A model generated the notes under the pieces. The model worked only from the letters and a program-made list of their open reading frames with translations, was not told the DNA's origin and searched no databases. Shown piece by piece: positions 11,398-28,600 of a stretch of DNA of 64,000 bases. Each line of letters starts with the position of its first letter. The stretch's first letter is position 1. A program made the position numbers and the translations under genes. This DNA is from Antechinus flavipes (lineage: Eukaryota), in the NCBI RefSeq assembly GCF_016432865.1, contig NC_067398.1, positions 657,944,001-658,008,000 on the forward strand. Reading direction: 5' to 3'.

Positions 11398-11662
11398 AAG
11401 TAAACTACTTCATATGGTTGTAAAACAGTATGGGAAGGAGTAGCCTTCTTCAGGCTATTTTAACAGGAAGCTGGCCCTTCCCTGAGGGGCTTAAAACAAA
11501 AAATCCCACCTCAAATTGGCTCTTTTCATGCCCTCTGTTCATGATAAGGAGGGATGTGTCCAAGAACTTAATGATCACCATTCAGGAAGCATCCTCCCTC
11601 TCAGTCTTTAGCCTTGAGACTTCCTGATGTTCTGCAACAATGTAACATGAATATTATTTTAC

Positions 11663-11668
11663 AATAAA
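11663..11668 (+). terminator. Candidate polyadenylation signal of the PLPP3-like gene
   Basis: AATAAA about 720 nt after the stop codon at 10939. Confidence 0.5.
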
Positions 11669-13149
11669 TGGTTCACTTAGTGGTTGAGGGTGAGATACTT
11701 CTAAGGGACCTGTAGCAATACAGATATTGAATGAGGGAGGGGGATGGTGAAGCTCCACACATTCTGCCCCAAGTAAAAAGTTCCAAGCTGGGAATAAGGA
11801 AACCTGAGTTTTCAACCTAGCACTCCCATTAAGTCACTGTGTGATATTAGCTAAGTCTCTTCCCCTTTCTGGATCTCAATTTCTCTATCTGTAAAAAGTA
11901 AAATGATCTTTAATGACTCTTTAGGCCCTGTCCAAAAGCAAAGCAAATTTCTTTATTCCAGAGATCTAGGATCACACATGAAGCCTCCTCGACTAAGGTT
12001 TGGGCTGGGGGGAAAAGCTCCCCAGCTTGGGGAGAAACCCAATCAGGCTGGAGCCTCTGGAGTACAAGGGATTTGCAGTCACTGCCAGGGAGGAGGGGAC
12101 CGTACAGAGAGATGGGGAGAAGGTAGATTCTTAGCATGGATGGCACTCCAAGTAGGAGCAAATAGCCTGGAAGCCACCATATGTCGCATGTATATTGGTT
12201 CTCCGACTCCCAACACCCAAGAGAGGCTTATTGCGGCATGCAGTCCCGAGACTGACTGTGGGACTCCTTTCGGAATGTGCAGAGCCCATCCCCCCCCATC
12301 CCCATCCCCACTACCACCGGCCCCGGAGCAGCAGAACAAAGGCAGGGCCCAGCCTGCCTCGCCACTGCGCTGGAGATGGGGGGGAGAGGATAACATTAAC
12401 TCCTCCCCAGCCGGAGTCGGGGCCTCCGACACTGGTGATTGGGAAAGCTGTGATCCTCGTAAAATCCTGCGCACGCTAGCCTGGCCTCCGCCCCCCACTC
12501 CATCCAGGGAGCCTTTACGCCAAACCTATCTCCACGGCTCTGGCTCCCCAAACTCATACACCTTGAAGCTCAGATCCTTCCAATCCAAACTGCGCCTCAC
12601 TTGTAAACAGCAGCGCGCGGGGACCAAAGCTCTAAGGTACCTTTCCGCTCGAGATCTTCACCTTCCCAAGCTTTCCTTCCTCACTCCCATTACACGCCCC
12701 AACTCCAACCACTCCAGCCACCTTTTCCCAGGATCTCTGGTCCAAGAGCTCGGGAAAGGAGGACAAGGGCCAGGGAGGTTTGGATCTAGAAGAACGGAAT
12801 GGAAAGCTAGTACCCCCCTTGGTGGGGACCGGCATGGAGGTCAAGTACAGAGTTCACGGCTCGGGCAGTCCCAGAGGAGTTGGGCTGACTAAGCCCGGGA
12901 GGTGGAGATGGGGGAGGAGGAGAGAAAAGGGGTCGGACTCGGAATGGTCACTCCTTCTCCCGCAAAGGGGAAGAGAGGCAGTCGCAGTGCGCAGGGAGAC
13001 GCCCCCACACGGACCCACGGAGAATCGCATGTGGCCACGACCACTGGCCCCCACCCCAGAGGTTGCAGGTGCAGCGAGATAAAACGCGCACGCGCCCTGG
13101 GAGAATTTTAGCTGGGCGGAACCGTGGGAGGGCAGTAAGCCGGATCAGC

Positions 13150-13310
13150 AGGGAGGGAGGGGGCGGGGGCGAGAGTGACGTGATGGTGACGCTGAGCTGC
13201 GCGAGGGGACATATAAGGGGCGGCCGGGCTGGAGAGGCTCACTCAGCGCGCGCCTACCCCTCCCCAGGAGTGCGAGGACTTGAGCGCGCGCGCGCCCCCC
13301 CGCGGCCACC
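13150..13310 (+). promoter_or_regulatory. TUBB4A core promoter and CpG island
   Basis: GC box GGGGCGGGG about 13160, CRE-like TGACGTGA 13176-13183, TATAA 13212-13216, Kozak GCCACCATG at 13311, dense CpG. Confidence 0.75.
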
Positions 13311-16190
<2,880 letters not shown>

Positions 16191-16697
16191 AGTACACAGA
16201 CCCCCGTTACCCTTCCCAGTTCTGACCCTGTGTCACCCTCACTCTTGCTTGATACTCCTCTCCCTGAATTTGGCCATGCCCCTGTGCTCCCTCGATTTCT
16301 CTGCTCTTCATGTGACTTCATATTGTCCTCTGACCCCACCAAACCTTTATCCCTCTAAATCCCCTATATTGTCTCCCTAATTGATCTGCAAGGCCATCCA
16401 CATCCAGCTTCTCTGATCCCACCCAATCCTTTGTTACCCCAATTTCCCTGATACTTCCCCCGCCCTGATTTTTCTCCAATTCTCCCTCAGCTTCTCTACC
16501 CCTCCAAACCTTGGCCATCCTAGGCTTTCTCTGAAACTAGTCTTGGAAGGGGGGCATAAAAGAGAGGGTTTTAGACCTAGAAGAGATTTTAGAGATTACA
16601 AGCCCTTCTTCATAAAAAGTGGCCTTGAGTCATACTCATAGAGCAAATGATGGAGTTGTGACCCAAATCCCGGTCCCTGAGTGTATCCCTTCTCCCA

Positions 16698-16869
16698 AAT
16701 AAATTCTTCCCTCCCCCAAATAACTCCATCCTATGCTATGTTGGGCACGTTTTCATTTTTCCAAATGAGCATGCACTAATTTCCACCTTAGCCTAGTGTT
16801 GTGACTTGGATGGGGCTGGCAGGGAGGGGGTGGGACTCAGTGAATGTCCCTAAACATTTATACAATAAA
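16698..16869 (+). terminator. TUBB4A candidate polyadenylation signals
   Basis: AATAAA at 16698-16703 and 16864-16869 downstream of the stop at 16190. Confidence 0.5.
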
Positions 16870-18669
16870 ATCATGATAACACACTTGTGTGGAGAATTCT
16901 TACTTTGGATGGAGGTACGTGGGCTTATGAGGAGGAAGACTGGTGTAGAGAAGTGGATTATAGGCCCTTTGGATAGGGAAGTATCTCCTTCCCCCATTGT
17001 CCAGGGAAGTCTGTGCCTGTCCCCCAATCCATATCTGGGGCCTGGCACTTGTGCCCAGCCAGCAGCTGGGCTAGAGAGCATGACCTGCCCCACCCTGCTC
17101 AAAATAGCCCGAGGCCATGAGCCTGGTCACCTGACACCAATCCCCATCATGCTCCCTTAGGAGAGAGGCAGGGCTGAAAAGGGCAGAAGCCTAGAGAAGG
17201 GCTGACTATAAAACACCGAAGGACCCCAGGTTTGTGGGAGTAGCGATAGCATAGACTCTCATGGCCCCTGGCTTCTTACACTTTAGCTGCCTTTAAGTTC
17301 CAGTTATTGAGTTATCATGGATTTCAATGCTGGAAAGAATCTAGTCCAGTCTCTACATTGTACTAAATGAAGAGACTTGCTTATGATTACACAGGTAGTC
17401 AGCAAGAGAACCAAGATTCACAGGTCTTCTACCTCTTAATACCACTGAGAGCACACGTTTAAAAAAATAAAATCCTTATTTAACAGTATAAATATTGAGA
17501 GAATTCACGGAAACAGATACATTGGGTCCCTGACAAATGGTATTATTTGTGATTCAGAGCAGTGGAAGAACATTTTTGCAAATCCACAAAATTGTTTGTT
17601 TTTCCTACCCATTCCTTAAGCTGATGGCTTTGTGAGAAAAGAGAGATCATAGGTTTTGCAACTGGAAGGGACTTTATAAAGGTCAACTACTTTACCCACT
17701 TGTGCCTTGGTTTCCGCTGGCTAATGTTTTACCTTGCCATACCGGAGAGTCAAACTGGTATGTGAGCAAGTGACTTTAAACAATCCACTTTGAAAATAAG
17801 AGCAGACTTAGATGCATGTATACATGTAAGTACATGTATTTGCATTCACATATATATGTACACAAATATATAATACATGTGCATACTTTAGGAGACTCCA
17901 GATCAAATTGAATATGAATGTTTGGGGGATTTTCCATCTCCCTGAAGCAAGAATTTTCTTTTTTCTATAATTAATTGCAATTTTATTAACACAGAGGGCA
18001 ATCTTAAATAAAAAATAATGAACACACATAGATGTAACTTATAAAAGTAGCTATGATACAGGAATGTGTTGGGTGGGCTTGTTTTTGGTATAAAATTTCT
18101 CAACGTGATGGGTTTGATGACACTGCTACTTATTCTTTTATAATCTCTCCCCACCACCACTTTCCCCTACTAAATTAAATTAAGAAGAAAAGGAAAGGCA
18201 AAATAAAAATTTTTGATACATGTATATTCTAGCAAAACAAATTCCCATATTCACCACATCTGAAAATGTGTCCCCAAACTTTCAGTTTATCAAGCTTGAC
18301 AGGAGAGGAGTGACATGTCTCAACAGCATTCTTCTGGTTTATCTTCATGTTAATCAGAGTTTTAAAGTTTTTCAAAGTTGTTTAGCTCTACAATGTTTCT
18401 TTTGAGATATAGTCTTCTACTTCTTGGTCACTTTGCTCTGCATCCATTCATAAAGTCTTCCAAGTTTCCTTGGAACTGTCTAATATAGGCACAATAATAT
18501 AGCATGATATACCACAGTTTGTTTAGCCATATCCAGTAGGACACCTCCTTAGTTTTAAACTTTTGGCTAGAATTAAAAAGGCTGATATCTTTTTTTTTTT
18601 TTTTAACATATGGGTCATTTTCCTTTCTTTAATTAGACTTTTCATTGAATACATTTTCCTCCTCTCTCT

Positions 18670-18800
18670 CTTTGGTGAATGAATGAATAAAAAAGTATGT
18701 ATTAAGACTTACAATATGGCAGACACTGTGCTTAGTGCTAAGGTGAGTGAGACTGTCCATATCTTCAAGGAATTTATATTCTAATGGGGGAAGATAACAT
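18670..18800. mobile_element. L2 3'-end fragment
   Basis: gaatgaatgaataaaa tail followed by ttacaatatggcagacactgtgc, typical of the L2 terminus. Confidence 0.55.
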
Positions 18801-19252
18801 ATCTAGGGATATAAGGAATTGTTGATTAGACAAAGTAGTTTTGGTCTGTACAGTTGCAGGGATTGTGATTAGAGTCATGAAGCAGTTCATTAAATATGCC
18901 CTTTACAAAAGCAACAGTAGTGTTGATTTGATTTTTATTCAGAGCAAGGAATGGAAAGAATATAGAGAGGCTGCCCTGGCCTGTTTGAGAGGGTGAATAG
19001 CAAGATGATCATGTCTATCCGGATGAGGCATCTGGCTAGATATAGTGAGCTAGGAAATCTTGCACTCATTCAGTTATCAATAAACATAAGTCAGGCCCAG
19101 GGCAGGATTCCCAAAACTGAGTGAATTAATTCAAAGAGGGAGCAAATTTAGGGGAACCGGATCCAGTACAGTAGATCCAGAGTTCTTTCACCCCACTCCA
19201 CCCCAATCTCTTCTCCCTGATGTTCTCACTAGCCAGGTCCTAAGCATGCTTC

Positions 19253-19436
19253 NNNNNNNNNNNNNNNNNNNNNNNNNNNNNNNNNNNNNNNNNNNNNNNN
19301 NNNNNNNNNNNNNNNNNNNNNNNNNNNNNNNNNNNNNNNNNNNNNNNNNNNNNNNNNNNNNNNNNNNNNNNNNNNNNNNNNNNNNNNNNNNNNNNNNNNN
19401 NNNNNNNNNNNNNNNNNNNNNNNNNNNNNNNNNNNN
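19253..19436. other. Assembly gap
   Basis: N run. Confidence 1.
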
Positions 19437-20258
19437 TGTCTCTCTAGAACAACATAATTGGAACATAGGTCGGTTGGAATAAATCCAGTGTTGTTGGCCA
19501 CTTCGGATACCTGCAGTTCTGGGAACAGGAACCTGGTCTCTGGTTCTGTCCATGTCCAACAGCTGCCGGCTTCCTGACAAATCTATCCCTGGTATCAGAA
19601 TTGTGGTGCTGTGTGCATGCTCATACTCACTGTTTCTCCCCATGAGGAACAGGAAATGATGGGAAGGTACGTGTTTATTTGTGTATCTCTTAAGTACCTC
19701 ATTTTGTGTTTCTCCCCACTATATAACTCAAGACTCCCTCTAGTGGTCTTCCTGTGCTTGGATGGTGAGTTGTCCGAAAAGGCAGTGGGAGGAGGGACGG
19801 AGGAGTAGGGATAGAGAGATGGAGGAATAGAGGAGGATGAAGGAAGCCGGAAGAAAGGGAGGGAAGGAAGTTCTCTGGACAGGTAGGAGAATCTCAGTAA
19901 ATCATTTCCAAGGAACTATAGAAATTCAACTAGCAGGTGCCCAACTTTGCCCAAAAGGTGCGATGCTGGCCTCCAGTTACTTCAGCTCTGATCTGGACCC
20001 AGAAACTACTCCTCAGTCCCACTTCCTCATGGGGGAGACTAGGAGGCAGTGTGCTTGGGTTCTGTAAAGCTAGCAAGGGAGGGGAGAGTTGTCTCCGGGG
20101 GACGTCACCCAGCAGACTTCCTCTCTAAGCCACACAGGAAGAAGAAAAGGCCCAGCACCCAGCACCCCTGGCTCATTGCCTCAGCACGGGCCCCTGTAGG
20201 GACCCTCAGGGACATCTATCCTGGCCACATTGTGCTGCACCCATTCAGCAGGGGGACC

Positions 20259-22129
20259 ATGGGATCCGATATCAAGTAAGACCCAGGCATCTCCCCATAT
20301 TCCTTAAAAATAGCCTTTGGGTAAGGACTTGAGATGAGAGAGTGCTTCTGTATTGGGCTATGGGGGAAATGGGGGAAGAGAGGGAACAGATCTGATGATA
20401 GAGAACAGAATAAACTGGCCACAAACCTAAGAAAAAACAATTCTAAATACACTTCAAAATCTTCCTCTGCAGCTTCCATCATCTCAACTCCCCTTCAGCC
20501 TTTGGATCTGTCTCTATAGGCTTCTCTGTCTCTGCTGGTCTGGTTTCTGTGTGTCTCTGTCTTCTTGTCCCTATTTCCCTTCATCTTTCTCTCTTCCTCT
20601 CCTTCTCCCTCTTACTCCTCCTCTCCTTCTTTCTCTCTCCCCCTCCCTTTCTCCCTCTCTTTCTTCCCCTTCTCCTACCCCCCTCTCCATATATCTCTTC
20701 CTTTTTGTGTTTATTTTTCTTTGTTTTAATACCTCCTTTCTTCCTCACTTCGGTTGGCTTTTCTGTTATCCTAGCAGGTAACCACTGGGGGATAGATGAT
20801 GGGGAGAAGAGGACCAAATGTCTTGTGCCTTCCCAGAAATAGTGCAGTCAGCAAGAGATTCTGTGTATGAGGACAGATAAAAGACACAGAGACCCAGGGA
20901 CACACACCAGTCAATCACTCCACAAGCATTTAAGTACCTGCTAGATATGTCAGGCATCTGTTAGGTATTGATACACAAAGAGAAAAACAAAAGCTTACAT
21001 TCAAAAGAGGTGGTAAAGTATATATATAAAGCATATATAGCTATTTATACAAAATAGATTCAAGAAGGGGAGAGAGGTACACAGCAGCTTAGGTGACCCT
21101 GAAGGCTTCATACCAAAGAGAACATGAACTGAATCTGGAAGAAAAATGAAGTTTTCCAGGAGATGGAGGTGGGGAGGAAGGACATTGCAGGTATGTAGAC
21201 CATAGGGATAGCAACAGGAGGTGAAGCTTCAATTGTGAGGAACAAGAAGACCAGTTTGGTTGGATTGAAGAGGAAGCAGAGTGGGGGTTGGGGGGGGTGA
21301 TATGTAAAAAGACTGGAAAGGTTAGTTGGGCCAGGTTGTTGAGAACTTTAAATATCAAACGTTGATTTTCTAGGGTATAAGGAGCATGTGGAATTTATAG
21401 AGTAGACCCATCAGACCCATGCTTCAGGAAAATCATGTTGGCAGATTTGTGAAGGTTAAATTGAAACAAAGAGAGACTTGAGGCATGAAGGGAGACCGGG
21501 GGAGGCCACTGAAAGAGCCAGGTGAGGGGGAATGAGGGTCTGAGCTTGGGAGGGGTCTGTTTGATTTAGAGGGGGACAGATACAGAAATATGTGTGGACA
21601 GTGATTTGGATTTGGAGTTGAAAGACCATCTAGCCCAACCTCTTCATTTAGCAGATGAAGAAACGGAGGTCCAAAGATCTCAGAGCCTCTGCTCACTTTG
21701 CTTCCTATCCCTGGAAAATCCTTGCTCTCTTTCCCTCTTTGACCATTTACCTCCTAACTATCCCATAAAGCCCAGCTCAAATGCTGCCTTCTCCATGAAC
21801 CTTTCCTGATTCTTCTTGTTAATAATTATTTTTCACCCTGGTTTGCACGTCAGTCCTTTGTACCTCCAGTCTTTAATGCATTTATCAAGTATTATTTGGA
21901 TTATCATTATGTTTGTGAATCATATCTTTCTATTAGACCTTAAGCCCTTAAGGCTTATTTAATTAGACTTATAAGACCTTAAGGGGCTATGTGTTATTTA
22001 GACTTTGATTGATCACCCAAAGCTGCATAAATGCTCTATATAAAGTAGGCAATTGATACACATTTAATGGATTAATGTTATTAATTGTCCAGTATCATAC
22101 TAGTAGTAAGTCATAGAGTTGATACAGAA

Positions 22130-22168
<39 letters not shown>

Positions 22169-22654
22169 TACTTTAAGGTTTACAAAGAAATTTCTGTTAC
22201 CTCACTTAATCCTCATAACAACCCTGGGAGATAAATACATTATTATGCCCATTTTACAGACTAACATTTTACATATTTAACGTTTATATAATACTTACTA
22301 TATGCCAGGCACTAGTCTAAGAACGTTACCATTTTTATATTATTTGGTCTTCATGACAACCCTCTGAAAGAGATGCTGTCATTATCCTCATTTTGCAGAT
22401 GAGGAAACTGAGGCAAATAGGGGTTGTGATTTGCCCAAGGGCACACAGAGCAACTAAATATTTAAAGCTGGATTTCAACTCAGGTCTTTCTTCCTGACTT
22501 CAGGCATGGCATTTTATCCATTTTGCCCCCTAACTGATGGTGAGAGAGGTTAAATGAATTGCCCTGGCTAGTAAAGGTTCAAACTCAATACTTCCTGGCT
22601 CCAAGTTCAGCATTCTGACTAGTGTGTTACCCAGAGATTCCTAGATAAGCAGGT

Positions 22655-22699
<45 letters not shown>

Positions 22700-25600
22700 C
22701 TACCTGAGTTGTTGGACTCTTAGCCCGCCTACCCCTGTTTGTTCCCCAGGGAGGATCCCAAGAACATATTTGCTTGGTTCTTTGAGGCTGCCTACCCCAC
22801 CTCCCTGCAGGAAGGTAAGTTGAGGGAGTTCCATTCAGTCTTTAGGGTTAAGATGAGGGTAGGAAAAAGGAGCAGAGATGGTGAGGCTCCTTGAGCTGAT
22901 GGTGAGGGTGGCAACAGGATAGACTGGGTTATTTGGGAGACCAAGAGCTTACAAACCTGCTGTCCCTGCAGCACCCCCCATCTTGCGCCAGTTCCCTAAG
23001 GATTTCTGTGATCAGGTATGTGCCCATCCATATCCCAGAAGCCAGGGTTCCAGCCCTACCATCCCATCCCTTTCTTCCTCTGGGGGGACCCCAACCAAAG
23101 AAAGGGATGGGGGAGGGACAACAGACCCAGATATCCAGGCCCTGATGGGGTGGGGAAGGGTGTAAAGAGGCCTCTATGTCCAGGTTTGGATCTTCTCCAC
23201 CCTCCATCCCTCAAACCCTGCCCCTGGCCATGCTGCCCTCACTGTTTCCATCCCTAGGAATTAATGCAAACGGTACCCAAATTCTGTTTCCCTTTCGACT
23301 TGGAGAGGTGAGGAGAAAAAAATGGAGAAAGATCCACAGAGAGACAAGAGACATCAAGACCCAAAGCCATACAGTCAGAGAGACAGAGGGAACAACAGGA
23401 CAAAGGGAGACTGAGGCTGGGAGGGACAGAGGAGAGACTGATGGCTGGGATGAATTTGAGCTCTGCTGTGGGTGAGGGGGCCTGGGAGGTGGCATGAGGT
23501 GGGGCAGAGGCATTGAGCAGCTTCTCCTTCCTTCCCTCCCACGTTCACCAGGGCAGGCCACACTCTAGCTGCCCAGCACTTCACCTTCGTCCTCACCGAT
23601 TTAGCTGGGAGCCGAAGATTTGGCTTCTGCCGCCTGGGTACCAGTGCCAAAAGCTGCCTCTGCATACTCAGGTTGGAGGGTAAAGGGTGGGAGTGAGTGA
23701 TGGGCTGGGGACCAGCAGGCCTAGGGTGTCCCTAGTTCTGTCACAGATTAGCTGTGCAACTTGGGTAGGTGCCCATCCCCTCTCAGAGACCCATCTGTCA
23801 AAAGCTGGGGGGTGGAGAGGAACATGCCCAAATGACATTCTCTAAGGCTCCTTCCAGCTCAAATGTTCTATTCCAGCCCCCCCACCCAGGGGCTGGGATG
23901 GAAGGGGGATGGAATCCTGCTCCACCCCAGAGCCAGCTGCCCCTTCTCCCCTCAGTGATCTGCCCTGGTTTGAGGTTTTCTACAAACTGCTCAACAATGT
24001 TGGGGATCTGTTAGCCCAGAATCAGGTAAGGCCCCTTTTCCTCTCCACTCCCCATCTCCACTTGTCTGCTTGTCCCCATTTCCCTGCGTGACCTTGCCTC
24101 CACTCATAGGTCTCTGAGGCTGAAGAACTTCTCTCTACCTTGTATCTACATCCAGTACCTGAGCCAGAGGCCTCTTTGGGGCTGTCTCTGGTACGTATCC
24201 CATTCTGGAACACAGAGTCTCTATTACTTTAAAGTAATGGGGTAGCCAGCTTTGTGGGTTGGAGTGGAAAAGTGCCTTGGCTCCATTCTTCATCCCTACC
24301 TCTCAATGTGCACCTTCAGGACCTGCAGGAAGGCAAGCTGAAAATTACCACTCACCCCAGTCCTCTGCCTCCTGCACCTGGGACCAACCAACTGGTGAAT
24401 TGGGAAAGGGTTGGGGTAGGAATTGGAGTCTGGGGGCAAGGAGCAAAGCATCTAGGAAACTGCAGATAATATAGTGCATCCCAGGGGGGATCCAATTATC
24501 TAGTTTTTTTACTTGTTTGCTGAGGCAATTGGGGTTAAGTGACTTGCCCAGGGTCACCCAGCTAGGATGTGTCTGAGACCAGATTTGAACTCAGGTCCTC
24601 CTGACTTCAGGGCTGGTGCTCTATCCACTGAACTACCTAGCTATCCCCAATTATCTAGCTCTTGACAGGAAATCTGATAGCTGTCAAAATAGGACCTAGT
24701 ACCTGGTAGGATCTAATGAAGTATTTTGATGTAAACAAAATAGCATAACCTTGGGAAACTCCATGGGGATTGTGTGGAAATTTGTTGGGAGTGGCGTGCT
24801 CATTTCAAAAGTTGGTATTGAAAGCCAGGAGAGATCAAGTGGAGGGTCTGGTTGGTTTGGAGAGATCTGATAACAAAAGCCAGGAGTAATCAGGAAGGGA
24901 GTGGTGAGAAAATTATGGGGAAGCTGGATTCCTTTGGAGATCTGGAAGTCAAGAAGGAGCCTGATCTAAAACCTTGATATTCTTCCCAACCTCAGCTTTC
25001 CTGCTTCATTGCTCCAAATTCTGGATGCTTGCCTTCCATTCCAGAAAATGTGAGTTGTGGTTCAACCAGGGAGCAAGACTAGGATGGGCAGGGGCAAGGA
25101 TGGGAACTTGGACTGGCCAGAGACAAGGGGCTTCAAGCCCAACTGGCACTGCTGTCCCTTGTCTATTCATCTATTCACAGAGGAACCTGACCGAGTTGGT
25201 GGTGGCTGTGGCTTCAGAGAACATCGTGGGCCTCTATAGCTCTCTGCTCAGTGAGCGTAGAGTTCTGCTCACCGCCAGCAAACTCAGCACTGTGAGACCC
25301 AGCTCTATTCTGTCCTCAACTGGCTTGAAGATGGAACACAGATTAGGGCAATGGGATCCTAAGCAACAAAGGAATAGGGATGCAAATTCAGGGGCTGGGA
25401 AAATTCGACACTGATGGCAGTCTTATAAGGGCCCTGAGTCTCTGGGGTCAGAGGGAGGACTAGAATTCAGGATCCTTTTGGTGGGAAAGAGAACACAAAG
25501 CCAGGTTACTGGAGAACCTCTGGGCTAGAGAAAAGGTCCAGTGGCCCAGAACTTATGGAGATACGAGTATCTCTGAATATAGGAGAATAGGAACAAGGAT

Positions 25601-28600
25601 ATTTGTACCAGGAGTCTAGGAGAAGGGACAAGTATGAAGGGAAAGCAGATCTATGGATGGGAAATTAACTCTGGGCTGGTGTGATAGGGAGTGAATGTGA
25701 AATGGAAGGAATTTGGTTCTGGAAACACTAGAGGAAAGGAGGAGAGGACAGGAGTCTTCAGACTCTGTGGGAGCCTGTACAGTTAGACGATGGGCCCTTA
25801 ACTCCCTCTTTGGATCTCCATCATTCCCAGCTGACAGCCTGCGTTCATGCATCCTGTGGCTTGCTGTATCCTATGCATTGGGAACACATACTCATCCCCA
25901 CACTACCCCCCCACTTGTTGGACTATTGCTGGTAAGGAAATTGGCAGGCCGTGAGCATGGTGATCTCCTGGAGCTAGCTTTCCCTTCCTTATCTCACCTA
26001 AGTCATTCTTCCTCTACCTGCAGTGCCCCCATGCCTTACCTCATTGGTGTCCACACCAGCCTTATTGAGGTGAGTCTGGGAAGTAAAGAAACAGTTGATT
26101 CTCTCAGACCCAGAAACCAGAGGGCAACCTGATTCTCTCCCCTCAGAGGGTGCGGGACAAGGGCCTTGAGGATGTGGTCATCTTGAATGTGGACACAAAC
26201 ACCTTGGAGTCACCATTCCAGGATGTGGATACACTACCCCCTGATGTGGTCAGTTCTTACCTTCCCTGTGACTTCCTTCAAGGCTCCCTTTGTCTTTGAC
26301 AACCATTTCCCATCTAGTATCATCCCACTCCAAACTTATCTGGGGGCAGGTAGGGCATATATACATCACTATCCTTTTACAATAATGAGCAAGATGGAAA
26401 ACACTCCCAGGGACCCCCGTCTAGTTGGTCTTCCCTCATGTTCCTAGAAAATGAGGCACTATCTACAAGTTGCTGAAATAATAGGCTAGGAGTCAGGAAT
26501 CCTAAATTCTTGCCCTTTTTTGTTCTGAATTCAAGGTGTAACCTTGAGGAAACCATTATTCATTTACACCCCAGGTCTCAACTTCCCCTTCTGTAAAATA
26601 GGGAGGTTGGATTTGATGAGGGAAGCATGGTATGAGGGAGAGAGAACTGGAGTCAAAAATCTGACTTCAAATCTTGATTTTGCTATCCTGAATAGCCTTA
26701 GGCCCCTTCTCTAACTTCTTAGGACTTGTTTCCCTATGCAGACTGAGGGTGTAGTATTGAAAAATCTCCATAGTCCTTTACAGCTCCCAGTCCAAAAAGA
26801 TGCCTTTTACACCGACATTCTAGGCTTCCTGAATGGCTCTATCATTCCAAGTTCTTTATAAACCACCTCAAGGACCTTTCGCTTAGTCTCCAAATGCATT
26901 GTGACAGTGTTATGTTCTGGGGGCTGAACCCTGCACCTGCGGGGAAGAGGGGAAAGATGATCCCTCTCAGGTTCCCTTGTTCTACCTTTTTCTGGACCAG
27001 GTATCTCTTCTGAGACTAAGGCTAAGAAAGGAAGCTTTGGCTGCTGGTGATGGGGTCTCCCGACTCTTCCTGAGGGCCCAAGCTATGCTGTTTGGTGGTT
27101 ACAGAGATGCACTGATCTGCAGTCCCGTGAGCAGACATCCAAATGCCCAGGCCCTGGGGAGGGTGATTAGACTACTGAGGTTTGGAGAACAAAACTCCTG
27201 AGGCGCAGAAGCCATGAGGTGTAGTCAAGGATACCAAGAGAAAGGGATTCTTGGATTCTATTACTTTCCTTTTAGTCAGCTCAACTGGGTGGCAGTGGTG
27301 AGGTGCAGTCAAAGGGCTACCCCTTTGACTGGGGTACTGATCAAGAAGGTGAAAGGATGAAGATGGGAAAGGTATTTTAGGATGCAATCTCTCCCCCTCC
27401 CCACCCCCCAGGGACAACCTATGAAGTTCAAAGAAGAAGTTTTTGTAGCTCAGAAGCCAGGACCCTTACAAACCTTCAGACAAAATGCCATCCACCTCCA
27501 ACTCTTCAAACAGGTATATCCAGGCCAAAGAAGTAAGCACAGGAGAAAGGGGTATCCCCAAGTGCCAGGGCTGGTATAAACCCGACTGATTGTCCCTCCC
27601 CAGTTCATAGATGAGCGCCTTGAGAAACTGAGTTCTGGTGAAGGATTCTCAGACCTGTTTGAACAGGAGATCACTAGCAATGGCCTGGCCTCAGGTGAGA
27701 CATTAGGGTCCCAGCCCCTGGTGATCCCAGGATCCAGGTTCGCGGTTCCCAGCCTCAGACTGGGGCTGGAAGGGAGGAATGGGGAATAGACCAGTCATTA
27801 CACTGCTGGCCAAAGTCTTTTTCTCCCCCAAACCAGGAAACCTGCGATCCTATCAGCTCTGGGCAGATAATCTGAAAGTAAGGAAAGTTCCCCCAGGGTC
27901 TCAACTTTGCTCTGTATTTCTTAAATCTCCCTGTCCTCTTCCCCCACCACTACCGGCAATGAGCCTCTCCTATATCCATCTCCAGAAAGGTGGAGGAGCC
28001 CTGCTGCACTCTGTGAAGGCCAAAACCCAGCCAGCCGTGAGGAACATGTACCAATCCGTAAGCACCAAGGAGATGGGGGTGGGGCAGCAGGCATCAGGGT
28101 TAGGTGCCAAGCTGGGTGCTGGGTGGGGGCAGAGAATCTTGGGAGAATACTTGCATATAGGGCTCAGGGGCAAGGAGGGACCCAAAGCCCAGGATAGGGA
28201 GTCAACACCAGGGAAGGGGAGGAGCTCACCCAATAGACATGGATGTGGTACAATCTGATAGATTCCTTGCTAACTAGTTTCCAAGCTGGTTCAAATAGTG
28301 ACTATGTTTCAACAAAGGGAATGTAACAAAATTTAAAACTGCAGAGTATCGTGTTACATTCTTGCACCCGCTAAATTTTGGTGCTAGGGCAAGGTTCAAC
28401 AGTACTGGGTTGGGAAGCATTGAGACCTAGAGACAAATCCCACACAGGAGAGACCGGGCAAGTCACCTAGTTTCCTCATCTGTAAAATGGGGGTAATACC
28501 AGTAAACTCCTTATCTTCCCTTGTCGGCAGGATGAAATGACGGAATGTACCTTATCTTCCCTTGCCGTCAGGATGAAATGACGGAATGTAATTTACTTTG

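Noticed and set aside
11903-12892. 329-aa ORF upstream of TUBB4A
   Set aside because: The ATG lies in a MIR remnant. The product is Pro/Gly/Ser-rich with no recognisable domain or supporting splice structure, and long stop-free frames are expected in GC-rich promoter-proximal DNA.
17440-17800. Unique AT-rich segment resembling a retroposed 3' UTR or small ncRNA
   Set aside because: No poly-A tail with TSD, no C/D or H/ACA box pair and no stable hairpin that I could support. A BLAST/Rfam search would be needed.
20500-20770. Long polypyrimidine tract, also at 37950-38040, and G-run clusters such as 40681-40700
   Set aside because: Common low-complexity sequence. Triplex or G-quadruplex potential is real but unremarkable in GC-rich mammalian DNA.
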